From an uncultured candidatus Brocadiaceae bacterium (GTDB lineage: Bacteria > Planctomycetota > UBA1135 > UBA2386), in the NCBI GenBank assembly GCA_964418595.1, contig CAYQMF010000014.1, forward strand, positions 6,775 through 70,774: a DNA stretch of 64,000 nt, in the 5' to 3' direction. This document shows positions 26,877 to 37,169 of the stretch, piece by piece. Every line of letters starts with the position of its first letter. Positions within the stretch are counted from its first letter, which is position 1. The position numbers and the translations under genes were made by a program. The notes under the pieces are model-generated. The model was not told the origin of the DNA. It did no database searches and was given only the letters and a program-made list of their open reading frames with translations.

Positions 26877-29762
26877 ATGCGCCGGGCCCGGGAGGCACCA
26901 AGCAAGCACGAGCCGCTGCCCCACCATCCGTACGTGGCGTGGCTCGCGGAGGCAGTCGGCGCAGCCGCGCCGGGCACGCGAACCCTGGTGCTCACGCCCT
27001 CGGCGGAGTCGGCCGCGGCGCTGCGGACAGCGACGCTCCACGCGTGCGGGGTCCTGCTCGGCGTGCGCTTCGTCACCTCGGTGCCGCTGCTGCGCGAGAT
27101 CCTGTGGTCGCTGGGTGAACCCACGGCGGACGACCTGCTCCTGCCGCTGGAGGAACGGGCGCTCCTCCGCGAGATCCTGCGCGCCGATCCGGGCGACGTC
27201 GCGGCGTACGCGCTGCGGCACCGCCCTAGCCTCGCGGCGCTGCACGGCGCCTGCCGCGAGTGGGCGCGCGCGGGTTCCCCGGAGCCGGCGACGCGGATCC
27301 CGGCCTGGGCAGCAGGCACGCTCGCCATCGCGCGCCGGTTCGGCGACACGCTGCACGCGCACGCCCGACCGTCCCGGGCTCAGCTCGTCCGGCGCGCCCT
27401 CGACGCCCTCGCCGCCGAACGGCGACCGCGCACGAAGCTGCGCATCCTGAGCCTAGACCCGGGCTGCGCCAAGGACGTCGTGAGTGTCCTCGATGCCCTT
27501 CGCGATCGAGGCGGCGCCGAGGTCGAGGTCGCCCCCGCCGCGGAGACGCGGCCGTCGGGATTCACGCGCTCCGCGCACCCCCACGTCGAAGCCGAGCTGC
27601 GCGCGGCGGCGCATCGCTGTGCGCTGGCGTACGGAGCGGGCACGCCCCTGGACGCGATGGTGGTCGCCGCCCCGCGCCTCGGTCCCTATCTCCCCTACCT
27701 CGCGGAAGCGTTCGCGGCGGAGGGCCTGCCGGTGTGCGCAGCGGCGGAGACGCCCCTGACGCACGAGCCACGCGGTGCGCTGGCGACCCACGCCCTGACT
27801 CTCCTCTTCGATGGCGCGCCCGCGCGCACGTGGCTCGCGCTCCTCGGCAGTCCGCTCGCGCGCCGCCCGCTGCCGCCCGCGGCGCACGGAATCCTCGAGC
27901 GCGCCGCGCGCGAGCACGGCCTGTGCGGCGTCGACGCACTCGCGACGCGCGTGGCCACGCACCTGGCCGACGTCGCGCCGGAGGCGGCCGCGGGCGTGCG
28001 GCGGCTCGCCGACCACATCGCGCACGCGAGCACCGCGACGACGGCGGCGGCGAAGGCGCAAGCCATCGCCGCGCTGCTCGCCGCCGAGGTCGAGCCCCCG
28101 CTCGCCGACACGCGTGATGCGCAGGCGAAGCACCGGCTCGACGAGGTGCTGCGCGAGTTGCACGCCGCCGACCCCGAGGCGTTCGTGGCCGACGCCCGCG
28201 AGCTGCTTGCAAGCCGGGGCCTGCCGGTCGGAGAACGCGGCACCGCGTCGGTGCACGTCGTCGAGTTCGACGCTGCCGCCGCCTTCCCGGCCGCACGAGT
28301 CGAGTTGCTCGGCTTCGCCGACGATCAGATCCCTGCGTCGGGCGGCGGAACGACCTTCTTCGACGAAGCGGCGCGAACGACGTTCGGCCTGGGTGCCCGC
28401 GCCGATGCGCGCGCGGCCGAGCACGCCTGCGTCGTCCGGCTCGCGCACCTGGCGACGCGCCACCTGCACGTGAGCCGCGCCACCGCCGACGCGCAGGGGC
28501 GGCCGGTGGGGCCGACGGCGCTGCTCGAGGCCGTGGCGGAAGGCCTGCCCGCATGCGAGGAACGGCTCGAGTCGAATCACCCCGGTGCGCGGGCGGCGGC
28601 GCGCGTGGCGAGTGGAATCCTCCCGGTCGACTTCGCCATCGCGCACGCCGGCCTGCGCGAGGCGACGCTTGCCGCCACGAGCCTGCTGCTGGGCGCCCGC
28701 GCGGGCCGGCTCCGTCGGCGCGCGGCAGCGCTCGAGGACTTCGGCGGCGGCCTCGCCCACGACGGCGACGTCGGCGCCGACCTGGCGGCGACGCACGTCG
28801 CCCGGATCCTGTCGGTGAGCGACCTGCAGACGCTGGCGCGCTGTCCGCTGCAGCACATGTTCCGTCGGGTGCTCGACCTGCGGCCCCTGCCGCCGGAGCC
28901 CGACGCCCTGAGCCTCGCGCCCAACGCCCTGGGCACGGTGGTGCACGAACTGCTCGCGGAACTCGGCCCTCGCCTCGGTTCGGCCAGCGCCGCCGCGCAG
29001 CCCCCCGACGTCGCCGCCCTCGCCGCCGAGCTCGCCCCCGTGCTCGACGCGCGCCTCGCCGCGCGTGCCCCGCTCGTCCACACGCTCCCCGCGCTCCACC
29101 GGATCCTCGTGCGCCAGTGGGCGCGCGCCATCGCCGTCGGCTTCGTCGACGACGCCCGCGACCTGCGCACGCGCGCGATCACGCCGCTGCATCACGAACG
29201 CGAGATCGTCGGCGATCTCGACATCGGCCACGAGGCGCCGCTGCGCGTGCGGGGCGTCGTCGACCGGATCGATGCGATGCACGACGGTGGCCTGCGCGTG
29301 ATCGACTACAAGACCGGACGCAACCCCGACCTCGCCAACAACCCCTACGAGATCCTGCGCGGGCGTCAGTTGCAGATGCCGATCTACGCGATGCTCACCG
29401 CGCAGGCCCTGCGCGCGCGCGCGACCGAGCTGGGCGTGCGCGCCGTGCGCCCCGACTGGCACACGCACGAGGAGCTGTGGCATGTGTGGCGCCGGGCCGC
29501 CGACTTCCTCGCCGGCAGCATGCGTGACGACCTGCTCGACACGCTGCGCCGGCTCGCCGTGTTGCGGGCGAGCGGGACCTTCGTGCCGAGCATGGATCGC
29601 GAGAACGCGTGCCGCTTCTGCGACTACCGCGCCGCATGCCATCGCCTGCACCCGCCGAGTCGCGAGCGCGTGACGAGCAGCGCCCGCAGCGAGGTCGCCG
29701 CGTACTTCCAACTGCGGCAGAAGAAGCCGATCACCCGGCGGGGCGGGGCCGATGCTTCCTGA
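26877..29762 (+). CDS. AddB/RexB-like PD-(D/E)XK nuclease subunit
   Basis: C-terminal SVSDLQTLARCP, LRVRGVVDRID...VIDYKTG, QMPIY, CRFCDYRAAC; directly upstream of an AddA-like gene. Confidence 0.85.
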   Translation: MRRAREAPSKHEPLPHHPYVAWLAEAVGAAAPGTRTLVLTPSAESAAALRTATLHACGVLLGVRFVTSVPLLREILWSLGEPTADDLLLPLEERALLREILRADPGDVAAYALRHRPSLAALHGACREWARAGSPEPATRIPAWAAGTLAIARRFGDTLHAHARPSRAQLVRRALDALAAERRPRTKLRILSLDPGCAKDVVSVLDALRDRGGAEVEVAPAAETRPSGFTRSAHPHVEAELRAAAHRCALAYGAGTPLDAMVVAAPRLGPYLPYLAEAFAAEGLPVCAAAETPLTHEPRGALATHALTLLFDGAPARTWLALLGSPLARRPLPPAAHGILERAAREHGLCGVDALATRVATHLADVAPEAAAGVRRLADHIAHASTATTAAAKAQAIAALLAAEVEPPLADTRDAQAKHRLDEVLRELHAADPEAFVADARELLASRGLPVGERGTASVHVVEFDAAAAFPAARVELLGFADDQIPASGGGTTFFDEAARTTFGLGARADARAAEHACVVRLAHLATRHLHVSRATADAQGRPVGPTALLEAVAEGLPACEERLESNHPGARAAARVASGILPVDFAIAHAGLREATLAATSLLLGARAGRLRRRAAALEDFGGGLAHDGDVGADLAATHVARILSVSDLQTLARCPLQHMFRRVLDLRPLPPEPDALSLAPNALGTVVHELLAELGPRLGSASAAAQPPDVAALAAELAPVLDARLAARAPLVHTLPALHRILVRQWARAIAVGFVDDARDLRTRAITPLHHEREIVGDLDIGHEAPLRVRGVVDRIDAMHDGGLRVIDYKTGRNPDLANNPYEILRGRQLQMPIYAMLTAQALRARATELGVRAVRPDWHTHEELWHVWRRAADFLAGSMRDDLLDTLRRLAVLRASGTFVPSMDRENACRFCDYRAACHRLHPPSRERVTSSARSEVAAYFQLRQKKPITRRGGADAS

Positions 29763-32700
29763 CCGCGACGAACGGCGCCGCGCGCTCACCGACTTCGGCC
29801 GCAACCTCGTGGTCACCGCGGGCGCAGGCACCGGCAAGACGTCGCTCCTGGTCGGGCGCCTGCTGGCCGCGCTGCTCTGCCAGCACATGGACCCCGGGCG
29901 GCTCCTGGCGGTGACTTTCACCGAGAACGCCGCCGCGGAGATGCGACAGCGGCTCGCGCGCATGCTGCGCGCCGTGCCCGCGTTCCTCGACGGCGCCCCG
30001 ATCGACGGCTCGGATCGCTTCGTCCTCGAGGAACTCGGCATCGGGCCGGAGCACCGCGCCCGCGCCGCGGACCGTCTCGCCGACCTCGATCGCCTCGCGC
30101 TGGCCACGTTCCATGGCTTCTGCCTGCGGCTGCTGCAGGAGCAGGCCCGCGACCTCGACCTGCCCGCGACGCTCCGCATCGGCACGGAGGAGACAGTGCG
30201 CGAGCGCTTCGACCAGGACTTCCTCGCCTTCCTCGGCACCGCCGCGCAGGGACCGCACGCCGAGGTGCTCGACTCCTTCGAGGCCCAAGAACTGCGCGAG
30301 CTGGCCTTCGCCCTGCTGACCCTGCCGGAGGAGTCCTGGGACACGCTGGCCACGCCGTTCGTGCCCACGGATCTCGAGACGCGAGCCGCGGAACTGGACG
30401 CGCTCCTCGCGCGCTTCCCCGGTGCGCGCCCAGCGTGGCGTGACTACGCGGGGCGGCTGCGGGATCACTACGGGGTCCTGCGCACGAACCGGGGTGCGGT
30501 CGACCTCGAGCTGCTCGTCAAGACCGTGCCGAAGGCGGGCAAGCGCGAACTCGGCGAACGCGACGACCTGCTGGCGACCGAAGCGCTGGGCCAGCACCGC
30601 GACTACCTGCGCGCGCTCCTCGACACGAGCGAACCGACGATCCTGCGCGCCCGCGAGTTCCTCCTGCCCTTCCTGCACGACCAGCGCGCGAACCGGGCAC
30701 GCGCCGGTGAGCTGTCCTTCGACGACTTGCTGTTGCTCACCCGACGCGTGCTCATGGATCGCGGCGCAGTGCGCAAGCAGCTCGCCGGTCGCTACCAGTC
30801 GATCCTGGTCGACGAGTTCCAGGACACCGATCCGCTGCAGTACGACGTGCTCTTCCTGCTGGCGAGCGATCCGACGCGCGATGCGGGCGACAAGCTCACC
30901 GACCCGACCAGGCTGCCGCTGCGCCCGTGCCTGTTCATCGTCGGCGACGCCAAGCAGAGCGTGTATCGCTTCCGGCGCGCCGACGTCGGCGCCTACTTCC
31001 GCGCCGTCGCACACATCGCCGGCGACGCGTCGGCCAGCGGGCGCCTCACGCTCTCCGCCAACTTCCGCAGCCGCCCGCGGATCCTCGGGTTCGTCAACGC
31101 CGCCTGCGCCCACATGCTCGCGCCGGACGTGCCGTACCAGCTCGGCTACGAGCCGGTGCACGCGGTCCGCGACGAGAAGGGCGAAGGAGCGCGCGTAGAG
31201 CTGCTCCTCCTGCCCCGCGTCGCGGGCACGCAGCTCGCGTACGCGCGGCGCGTGCGAGAAGGCCAGGCGATCATCGACATCCTCGACGAGCTGCGCCACG
31301 ACGGCGTGGCGCTCGGCTCGATCGCGATCCTCCTGCGCGCGGCCACCGACACCGCGTGGTTGCTGCGTCCGCTGCGTCAGGCCGGCGTGCCCTACGTGAT
31401 GCAGGGCAGCCGGCGCTTCTACTCGCGGCACGAGATCGTGCTCGCCGGCGCGCTGCTCGCCGCCATGGCCCGACCGTTCGACCCGGTGCCGACGCTGGCG
31501 ATCCTGCGCTCGGCCGTGTGCGGCGCTGTCGACGCCGAGCTGGTGGCCTGGCGGAACGCGGGGCGGGCCTTCGACTACCGCGAAGATGTCGTGGGCGAAG
31601 GCCCGGTCGCCGACGGTCTGCGCCTGTTGCGCGACCTGCACGCGCGCGTGACCACGCTGCCACTGCACGCGGCGCTGCCCGCGATCCTGCGGCACGAGGA
31701 TCTCCTGCTCACCGAGGGGGCCGGCTTCGAGGGCGCGCAGCGCCTCGCCAATCTCGAGCGCCTGCTGCTCAACCTGCTGGCAGCCGCTCCGCTCGACCTC
31801 GCCGCGGCCGCAGCCCTCGTCGAGCGCCGCGCGCTGCGCGAGACCGACGACGAGGAGAGCGCGCTGTTCGAGGAAGGCGGCGAGGCGGTGCGGATCATGA
31901 CCGTACACGCGGCCAAAGGCCTCGAGTTCGACGTGGTCATCCTGCCGGACATCGCGCGCCGGCCCCCGTCGGACCCCGACGGGGAGCGTTGGGCCGCCGA
32001 GCGGCAGTTCACGGCGGACGGGCGCGAACTCGTCGCGGTGCAGGTCGGCGCCAAGGTCAACCGCGCCGCACGCGTGGCACGCATCGAGGCGCGGCGCCAC
32101 GACGACGCGGAGGAGCGCCGGCTGTTCTACGTCGCGAGCACGCGCGCGCGCGAGCGGCTCCTGCTGCTGGGGCACGACGACGACGACGTGGTGCGTCAGT
32201 CACGCTGGCAGGCCGATCTCGTGACCGCGCCCCTCGGCGGCATCGCGGGCTTCGCGCTTCGCCAGCTCGACGAGCCGCGGCTTCGCCCCGTCGCGCCGTC
32301 CGACGCGGAGGCCTTCGACGTCGCCCCCGCCGTACACGCTCTCGACGCGCACCGAGCCCTCGCCGTGCGCGCCGCGCAGGAGGCGCGGCCCGCTGCCCGC
32401 ACTGCGAGCGGCGAAGGCCCCGACCAAGACCAGCCAGCCGTGCCCGGACCCGCCCGCAGCCTCGCGCTGCGCCTGGGCGAGGCCGCGCACGCGTATCTCG
32501 CGCTGGTCGACTTCGCGGCGTCGGAGGTCGATCGCGACCTCCTGCGGCGCGTGGCGCCGGAGCCGGACATCTGCGCTCCGCTCGAGGACTGGCTCGCTCG
32601 CTTCCACACCAGTCCGCTGCGCGCGCGCCTCGCCGCCGCGCGCTCCGTCGAGCGCGAACTGCCGGTCGCGTACCGCACCCCGGATGGGCGCACGGTGCAC

Positions 32701-32889
32701 GGTGTCCTCGACGTCCTCACGCAGGCCGCCGACGGCGCGTGGCACATCCTCGACTGGAAGACGGATCGCAGCCCCGACCACGAACGCCACCGCGCGCAGC
32801 TCGACGCCTACGCACACGGCGTGCAGCTCGCGCTCGACCTTCCGGATCCGCCGGGCGCGCAGGCTGTGTTCCTGCAGGACTCGACCTGA
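29752..32889 (+). CDS. addA: AddA/UvrD-like helicase-nuclease
   Basis: AGAGTGKT, VDEFQDT, VGDAKQSVYRFR, NFRS, TVHAAKGLEF, EERRLFYVASTRA, C-terminal GVLD...LDWKT...QL..Y. Confidence 0.88.
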   Translation: MLPDRDERRRALTDFGRNLVVTAGAGTGKTSLLVGRLLAALLCQHMDPGRLLAVTFTENAAAEMRQRLARMLRAVPAFLDGAPIDGSDRFVLEELGIGPEHRARAADRLADLDRLALATFHGFCLRLLQEQARDLDLPATLRIGTEETVRERFDQDFLAFLGTAAQGPHAEVLDSFEAQELRELAFALLTLPEESWDTLATPFVPTDLETRAAELDALLARFPGARPAWRDYAGRLRDHYGVLRTNRGAVDLELLVKTVPKAGKRELGERDDLLATEALGQHRDYLRALLDTSEPTILRAREFLLPFLHDQRANRARAGELSFDDLLLLTRRVLMDRGAVRKQLAGRYQSILVDEFQDTDPLQYDVLFLLASDPTRDAGDKLTDPTRLPLRPCLFIVGDAKQSVYRFRRADVGAYFRAVAHIAGDASASGRLTLSANFRSRPRILGFVNAACAHMLAPDVPYQLGYEPVHAVRDEKGEGARVELLLLPRVAGTQLAYARRVREGQAIIDILDELRHDGVALGSIAILLRAATDTAWLLRPLRQAGVPYVMQGSRRFYSRHEIVLAGALLAAMARPFDPVPTLAILRSAVCGAVDAELVAWRNAGRAFDYREDVVGEGPVADGLRLLRDLHARVTTLPLHAALPAILRHEDLLLTEGAGFEGAQRLANLERLLLNLLAAAPLDLAAAAALVERRALRETDDEESALFEEGGEAVRIMTVHAAKGLEFDVVILPDIARRPPSDPDGERWAAERQFTADGRELVAVQVGAKVNRAARVARIEARRHDDAEERRLFYVASTRARERLLLLGHDDDDVVRQSRWQADLVTAPLGGIAGFALRQLDEPRLRPVAPSDAEAFDVAPAVHALDAHRALAVRAAQEARPAARTASGEGPDQDQPAVPGPARSLALRLGEAAHAYLALVDFAASEVDRDLLRRVAPEPDICAPLEDWLARFHTSPLRARLAAARSVERELPVAYRTPDGRTVHGVLDVLTQAADGAWHILDWKTDRSPDHERHRAQLDAYAHGVQLALDLPDPPGAQAVFLQDST

Positions 32890-32912
32890 CGACGTCGCTA
32901 GCATCGCACGCG

Positions 32913-34106
32913 ATGCAGTTCGCCAGCGCGTTGTCCACCGCGCCTCGCGTCGACGACGCCGTGGCCGAAGTCGTGGCCGCCTTGCACCCACGCCGGGTCG
33001 CTCCCATCGACCTGTGCGTGGTGTTCGCATCGGCCGGCTACCGCGGCGAACTCGACCGCCTGCCGGCCTTGCTCTGGGAGAGCCTGCAGCCGCGCCAGCT
33101 GATCGGCTGCACCGGCGGCGGGATCATCGGCGCCGGCCGGGAGATCGAGGGCGCGCCGGCGCTGAGCGTCACGCTGGCGTCGCTCCCGGGCGTGGGGGTC
33201 GAGGTCCGCCACCTGCACGATGGCGACCTCCCCGACGCGGACGCCGGGCCGGATGCGTGGGTGGAACGGCTCGGCGTGGCCCCCGCCGCGGTGCGCGGCA
33301 TGGTGGTGCTGCCGGAGCCGTTCTCGTTCGACGCCCCACGCCTGCTCGCAGGGCTCGACTTCGCCTACCCGCGGGCGGCGAAGGTCGGCGGCATCGCCTC
33401 GGGCAGCCAGACCCCCGACGGCCACGCTCTCTTCACGGGCCGGCAGGCGCATCGCGCCGGCGCCGTCGTCGCCAGCATGTCGGGCGCGGTCGAGTTCGCG
33501 CCGCTGCTCGCGCAGGGATGCAAGCCCTTCGGCCGGATCGGCACGATCACCGCCGCCCAGCACAATCGGCTGCAGCAAGTCGATCAGCTCCCGGCGCTGG
33601 CCTTCCTCGAAGAACAGCTCGCCGGCCTCGACGATGCGGATCGCGAGCTGGCCACGACGCGCCCGGTGTTCCTGGGTATCGCGATGGATCCGTTCGTGCC
33701 CACCGACGAACTCGGCGCGGGCGCGTGGCTGATCCGCAACCTCATCGGCGTCGACGAGGCGAGCGGCGCCCTCGACATCGGCGAGCTGCTGGCGCACGGC
33801 CGACGCGTGCAGTTCCATCTGATGGACGAGCACACGTCCGCGGCCGACCTCCGCGGCGTGCTGCAACGCCACCGCGCCCGGCGACCCGCCGCTCCGGCCG
33901 GCGCGCTCCTGTTCTCGTGCCTGGGTCGGGGACGCCACCTGTACGGCGAGGCCGACCACGACAGCCGCCTGTTCCGCGAGGAACTCAGCGACGTGCCTCT
34001 GGGCGGGTTCTTCTGCAACGGCGAGATCGGACCGGTCGGCGGCACGACCTACCTGCACGGCTACACGTCCGCGTTCGCGGTGCTGCGGCCCATGATCTCG
34101 ACGTGA
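32913..34106 (+). CDS. FIST N/C domain signal-transduction protein
   Basis: LIGCTGGGIIG, KVGGIASG, AQGCKPFG, FSCLGRG, GGFFCNGEIGPVG...LHGYT. Confidence 0.9.
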   Translation: MQFASALSTAPRVDDAVAEVVAALHPRRVAPIDLCVVFASAGYRGELDRLPALLWESLQPRQLIGCTGGGIIGAGREIEGAPALSVTLASLPGVGVEVRHLHDGDLPDADAGPDAWVERLGVAPAAVRGMVVLPEPFSFDAPRLLAGLDFAYPRAAKVGGIASGSQTPDGHALFTGRQAHRAGAVVASMSGAVEFAPLLAQGCKPFGRIGTITAAQHNRLQQVDQLPALAFLEEQLAGLDDADRELATTRPVFLGIAMDPFVPTDELGAGAWLIRNLIGVDEASGALDIGELLAHGRRVQFHLMDEHTSAADLRGVLQRHRARRPAAPAGALLFSCLGRGRHLYGEADHDSRLFREELSDVPLGGFFCNGEIGPVGGTTYLHGYTSAFAVLRPMIST

Positions 34107-35611
34107 GCGACGCGACCGCACGGACCCGGGAGGCGACGTCCTTTCCCCTGCCGCACGGCGCGGTGCGCGCGCTCGTGCACACGTGGCTCATCCTCGACTT
34201 CTTCGGCGAGAGCCGCCGCACCGGCCAACCGAGCAGCACCCTCACCACCACGATCTTCGGGCAGGCGTTCCTGGCGCTGGTGATCGCGGCCGTGCTCTTC
34301 CCGGACACGCCGCTCGTCGCGTTCGCGGCCGCCAACATCTCGATCTCGACGCTGCTCGTGGGGATCGGGCACCTCGGCGACGACCGGGCGGCCTCGCGGC
34401 GACGCGCCGACCAGGCGCTGGTCCTGCCCGCGCCCCTCCGCGTGCGCAGCCTGCTGCTGGCGCGGGCCCTGTACGGCAGCTTCTACGTGTGCCTGCTCAC
34501 GATCGGCATGGCCCTGCCGCCGGCGATCCTGTGCGCGTTCCTCCCAGGCCAGGGCCTCGCCACGATCCCCGTCTACCTGGCGTGCGCGTGTCTGTGCGCC
34601 GGCCTGTTCACCGCGACGCTGGTCCTCTGCCTGCGCGCGGCCGACCGCGTGCTCGGTGCCGCCCGCGCCCAGTTGCTCGCCGGCTCCGCGAAGGCACTCC
34701 TCCTGCTGCTCGGGATCGTGGCCTTCGCCAAGGGGGCGCGCCACCTCGGCGGCCCGCTCGTCGCGCTTCCCTTCCCGACGCCGGCGGTGCAGGCGTGGCC
34801 GCCATACTGGGCCGGGCGCGCCCTGCAGGGCGACCTCTCGTTCGTGCTCGCGCTCGTCGCGGGCGGCGTCGCTCTCGCCATCGTCGCGTTGCTGCTGGCC
34901 CGCGACGCGGAGGCGGGTGCGGCCCTGCGCGTGCGGCCCGCGGGACGATGGAATGCATTCCTCGGCCACCTCGCGCGCCGACGCCCGGCCCCGTTCGGGA
35001 CGGCGACGTTCACCGCGGCGATGCTGTACCGGAGTCCCGGCTTCCGCGGCAAGGTGCTGCCGCTGTTCGGCCTGCCGATCGGCATGTGGCTGCTCGCCGC
35101 CACCAGCAGCGATGCGACCAGCGCGCGGCGCCTTGCCGCGGTCGCAGCCCAGCTCCCGGCGGTGTACCTGCCGTTCCTCGTGGCGTTCCTGGGCAGCGGT
35201 GACGAGCCCCGGGCGCGCTGGCTGTTCCTGACGGCGCCGCAGGTGTCGCCACCCTTGATCCGGCACGCCGTGCTCCTCGCGATCTCGACGCACGTGCTCG
35301 TGCCCGCGCACGCCATCCTGCTCGCCGCCGCGGTGCTGGTCGATCCCGTGGAGGCGCTGATCCGGTCCGCGTTCGCGCTGGGCGTCGCCGTGCACGTGGC
35401 GCGCTTCGCCCTACGCTCGTGGACGGAGGTCCCGTTCTCGAGCGGGGATGCAAGCTCCGGTCTCGACCTCGGGGGCCTGATCGCCGCGGCCCTGGGCCTC
35501 ACGCTCCTGGGCCTCGGCTTCTCGGCCCTTCCCCTCCCCTTGGCCGGCGGCGCCGCCGCGCTCGTGGTGGGCTCGGCCTACGTTTCCCTTCGCCGGGTGC
35601 CAGGGTCATGA
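34103..35611 (+). CDS. Polytopic membrane protein (ABC-exporter-permease-like)
   Basis: Many TM segments in two clusters; GTGA overlap with the FIST stop. Confidence 0.6.
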   Translation: MSDATARTREATSFPLPHGAVRALVHTWLILDFFGESRRTGQPSSTLTTTIFGQAFLALVIAAVLFPDTPLVAFAAANISISTLLVGIGHLGDDRAASRRRADQALVLPAPLRVRSLLLARALYGSFYVCLLTIGMALPPAILCAFLPGQGLATIPVYLACACLCAGLFTATLVLCLRAADRVLGAARAQLLAGSAKALLLLLGIVAFAKGARHLGGPLVALPFPTPAVQAWPPYWAGRALQGDLSFVLALVAGGVALAIVALLLARDAEAGAALRVRPAGRWNAFLGHLARRRPAPFGTATFTAAMLYRSPGFRGKVLPLFGLPIGMWLLAATSSDATSARRLAAVAAQLPAVYLPFLVAFLGSGDEPRARWLFLTAPQVSPPLIRHAVLLAISTHVLVPAHAILLAAAVLVDPVEALIRSAFALGVAVHVARFALRSWTEVPFSSGDASSGLDLGGLIAAALGLTLLGLGFSALPLPLAGGAAALVVGSAYVSLRRVPGS

Positions 35612-35739
35612 GCGAACCGTTCGTCCCGAAACCGCCCCCCGAGCCTTCGCTCCGGCGTGAGCTGCGTGCCATCCTCACGCTCTACGTGATCCTCGCTGTG
35701 CTCCCGACCGTACTGGGCCTCCTCTTCGGCCCCCGATGA
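35608..35739 (+). CDS. 43-aa single-TM small protein
   Basis: MSEPFVPKPPPEPSLRRELRAILTLYVILAVLPTVLGLLFGPR; ATGA overlap with the upstream stop. Confidence 0.6.
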   Translation: MSEPFVPKPPPEPSLRRELRAILTLYVILAVLPTVLGLLFGPR

Positions 35740-35858
35740 GAGGTCGGACGCGGAGACCCCACCTTGGGGCCTCGTGGAGGCCGGGCTTGCCCCGCCCCCT
35801 GGGGAGGATTACCGTTCCCGGCTGTTACTTCCCCGGGCGGCAGACACAGGAGGATGCC

Positions 35859-36062
35859 ATGACGGGTGTTGAACAGGTGATCGAACGCAGCGACGACACG
35901 ATGCCGCGGATCAGCCCGCCGGCGCCGAAGGATGCGGCGCAGGCAGAGGTTCGTGCTGCGGATGCCGGCGGCGCGCCCCTCGACGACGGCGGCTTCAGCC
36001 CGGACCCCGCGCGCCGGACCGATCGCTACCGACTCGTCACGCCGTACTGCTTGCGGCTGTAG
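35859..36062 (+). CDS. 67-aa hypothetical peptide
   Basis: AGGAGG SD before ATG; GC3-biased codons; ends RRTDRYRLVTPYCLRL. Confidence 0.6.
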   Translation: MTGVEQVIERSDDTMPRISPPAPKDAAQAEVRAADAGGAPLDDGGFSPDPARRTDRYRLVTPYCLRL

Positions 36063-36073
36063 CGCGCGGCTTG

Positions 36074-36108
36074 CCTCACTGGCGGGCCCTCACTGGCGGG
36101 CCCTCACT
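36074..36108. repeat. 14-bp tandem repeat (CCTCACTGGCGGGC, about 2.5 copies)
   Basis: Read directly; the third partial copy contains the stop codon of the pseudouridine synthase gene. Confidence 0.8.
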
Positions 36109-37117
36109 CGGGCACGAGGGCGGCCATGTCGTCCGGTAGCGGTGCGCGGATCTGCATCTGCTCGTCGCGCCGCGGGTGATGGAACTCGAGCTGGCTCGCG
36201 TGCAGGGCGTGGCGGTCGAGCACGAGGCGCGCGCGGGTCGCATCGCTGAGTTGGTCGCGGAGGTGCTCCAGGAAGACCTCGTCCGGCACGCCGTAGATCT
36301 TGTCGCCGACCAACGGGCAGCCGACCGCCGCCATGTGCACGCGGAGCTGGTGCGTGCGTCCGGTCTGCGGTCGCAGTTCGACGAGCGAGAACGCGCCGCG
36401 CGCGCGCACGGTCTCGTAGTGCGTGACCGCGGGCAGCCCCGACCCATCGCGTCGGGCTTCGAGCTTGAGGCGGACGGCCGAGTCGCGTGCCGGCCCGATC
36501 CCCAGCTCGATCACTCCGGCGCGGGGTGTCGGAACGCCGTGCACGACCGCGAGGTAGGTCTTTCGGACCTGTCGATTCTCGAACTGCTGCGACACCGTCG
36601 CGTGGAAGTCCTCGTCCAGGCCCGCGCACACGACGCCGGAAGTCTCGCGATCGATCCGATGCATGAGCCGTGGGACCACGTCGTGCGCGGGATCGTCCGG
36701 GCGACGGTAGCGGCCGTGCAGGAAGTGGATCAGCGTCCCGTACACGCGCCGTCCGGACGGGTGAACCGCGACGCCCGGCGGCTTGTCGACCGCGACCATG
36801 TAGCGGTCCTCGTACAGGATCGGGATCGCGAAGCCCTGCGGCGCGGTGTCGAAGTCGGGCTCCGGCTTCTCCGGCACGTTGACGACGATCAGCTCACCGC
36901 GGCGCACGCGCGCCGCCGGCCGCGCCTCGCGGCCCTCGAGTTCGACGTAGCCGTCGCGGATGAGCCGATGGATGCTCGTGCGCGACCGCCAGGTGAGGAA
37001 GTGCCCCAGCGCGACGTCGAGGCGGCAGCCGTCCTGCCGTGCGTCGATGACGACCTCGACCCGTTCGATGGGTCGGGACAGGTCCTTCGGTGGCTGGCCT
37101 TGGATGCGCGGGATCAC
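36104..37117 (-). CDS. rluD: RluA/RluD-family pseudouridine synthase with S4 domain
   Basis: S4 (RLDVALG..L..RSRTSIHRLIRDG), VDKPPG, HRIDRETSG, GRTHQLRVHM..VGCPLVGD..Y, HALHA. Confidence 0.88.
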   Translation of the reverse strand: MIPRIQGQPPKDLSRPIERVEVVIDARQDGCRLDVALGHFLTWRSRTSIHRLIRDGYVELEGREARPAARVRRGELIVVNVPEKPEPDFDTAPQGFAIPILYEDRYMVAVDKPPGVAVHPSGRRVYGTLIHFLHGRYRRPDDPAHDVVPRLMHRIDRETSGVVCAGLDEDFHATVSQQFENRQVRKTYLAVVHGVPTPRAGVIELGIGPARDSAVRLKLEARRDGSGLPAVTHYETVRARGAFSLVELRPQTGRTHQLRVHMAAVGCPLVGDKIYGVPDEVFLEHLRDQLSDATRARLVLDRHALHASQLEFHHPRRDEQMQIRAPLPDDMAALVPE

Positions 37118-37169
37118 GGCAGGCCGCGCAGCTTACCGGGACGCGCACTCCGCCGGATGGTCTCCCACG

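Noticed and set aside
35737-35800. TGA of the 43-aa ORF followed by a hairpin (second SECIS?)
   Set aside because: The loop has no G and the downstream frame has non-coding-like codon usage.
36074-36108. 14-bp tandem repeat as a functional element
   Set aside because: Only about 2.5 copies at a gene end; best explained by slippage.
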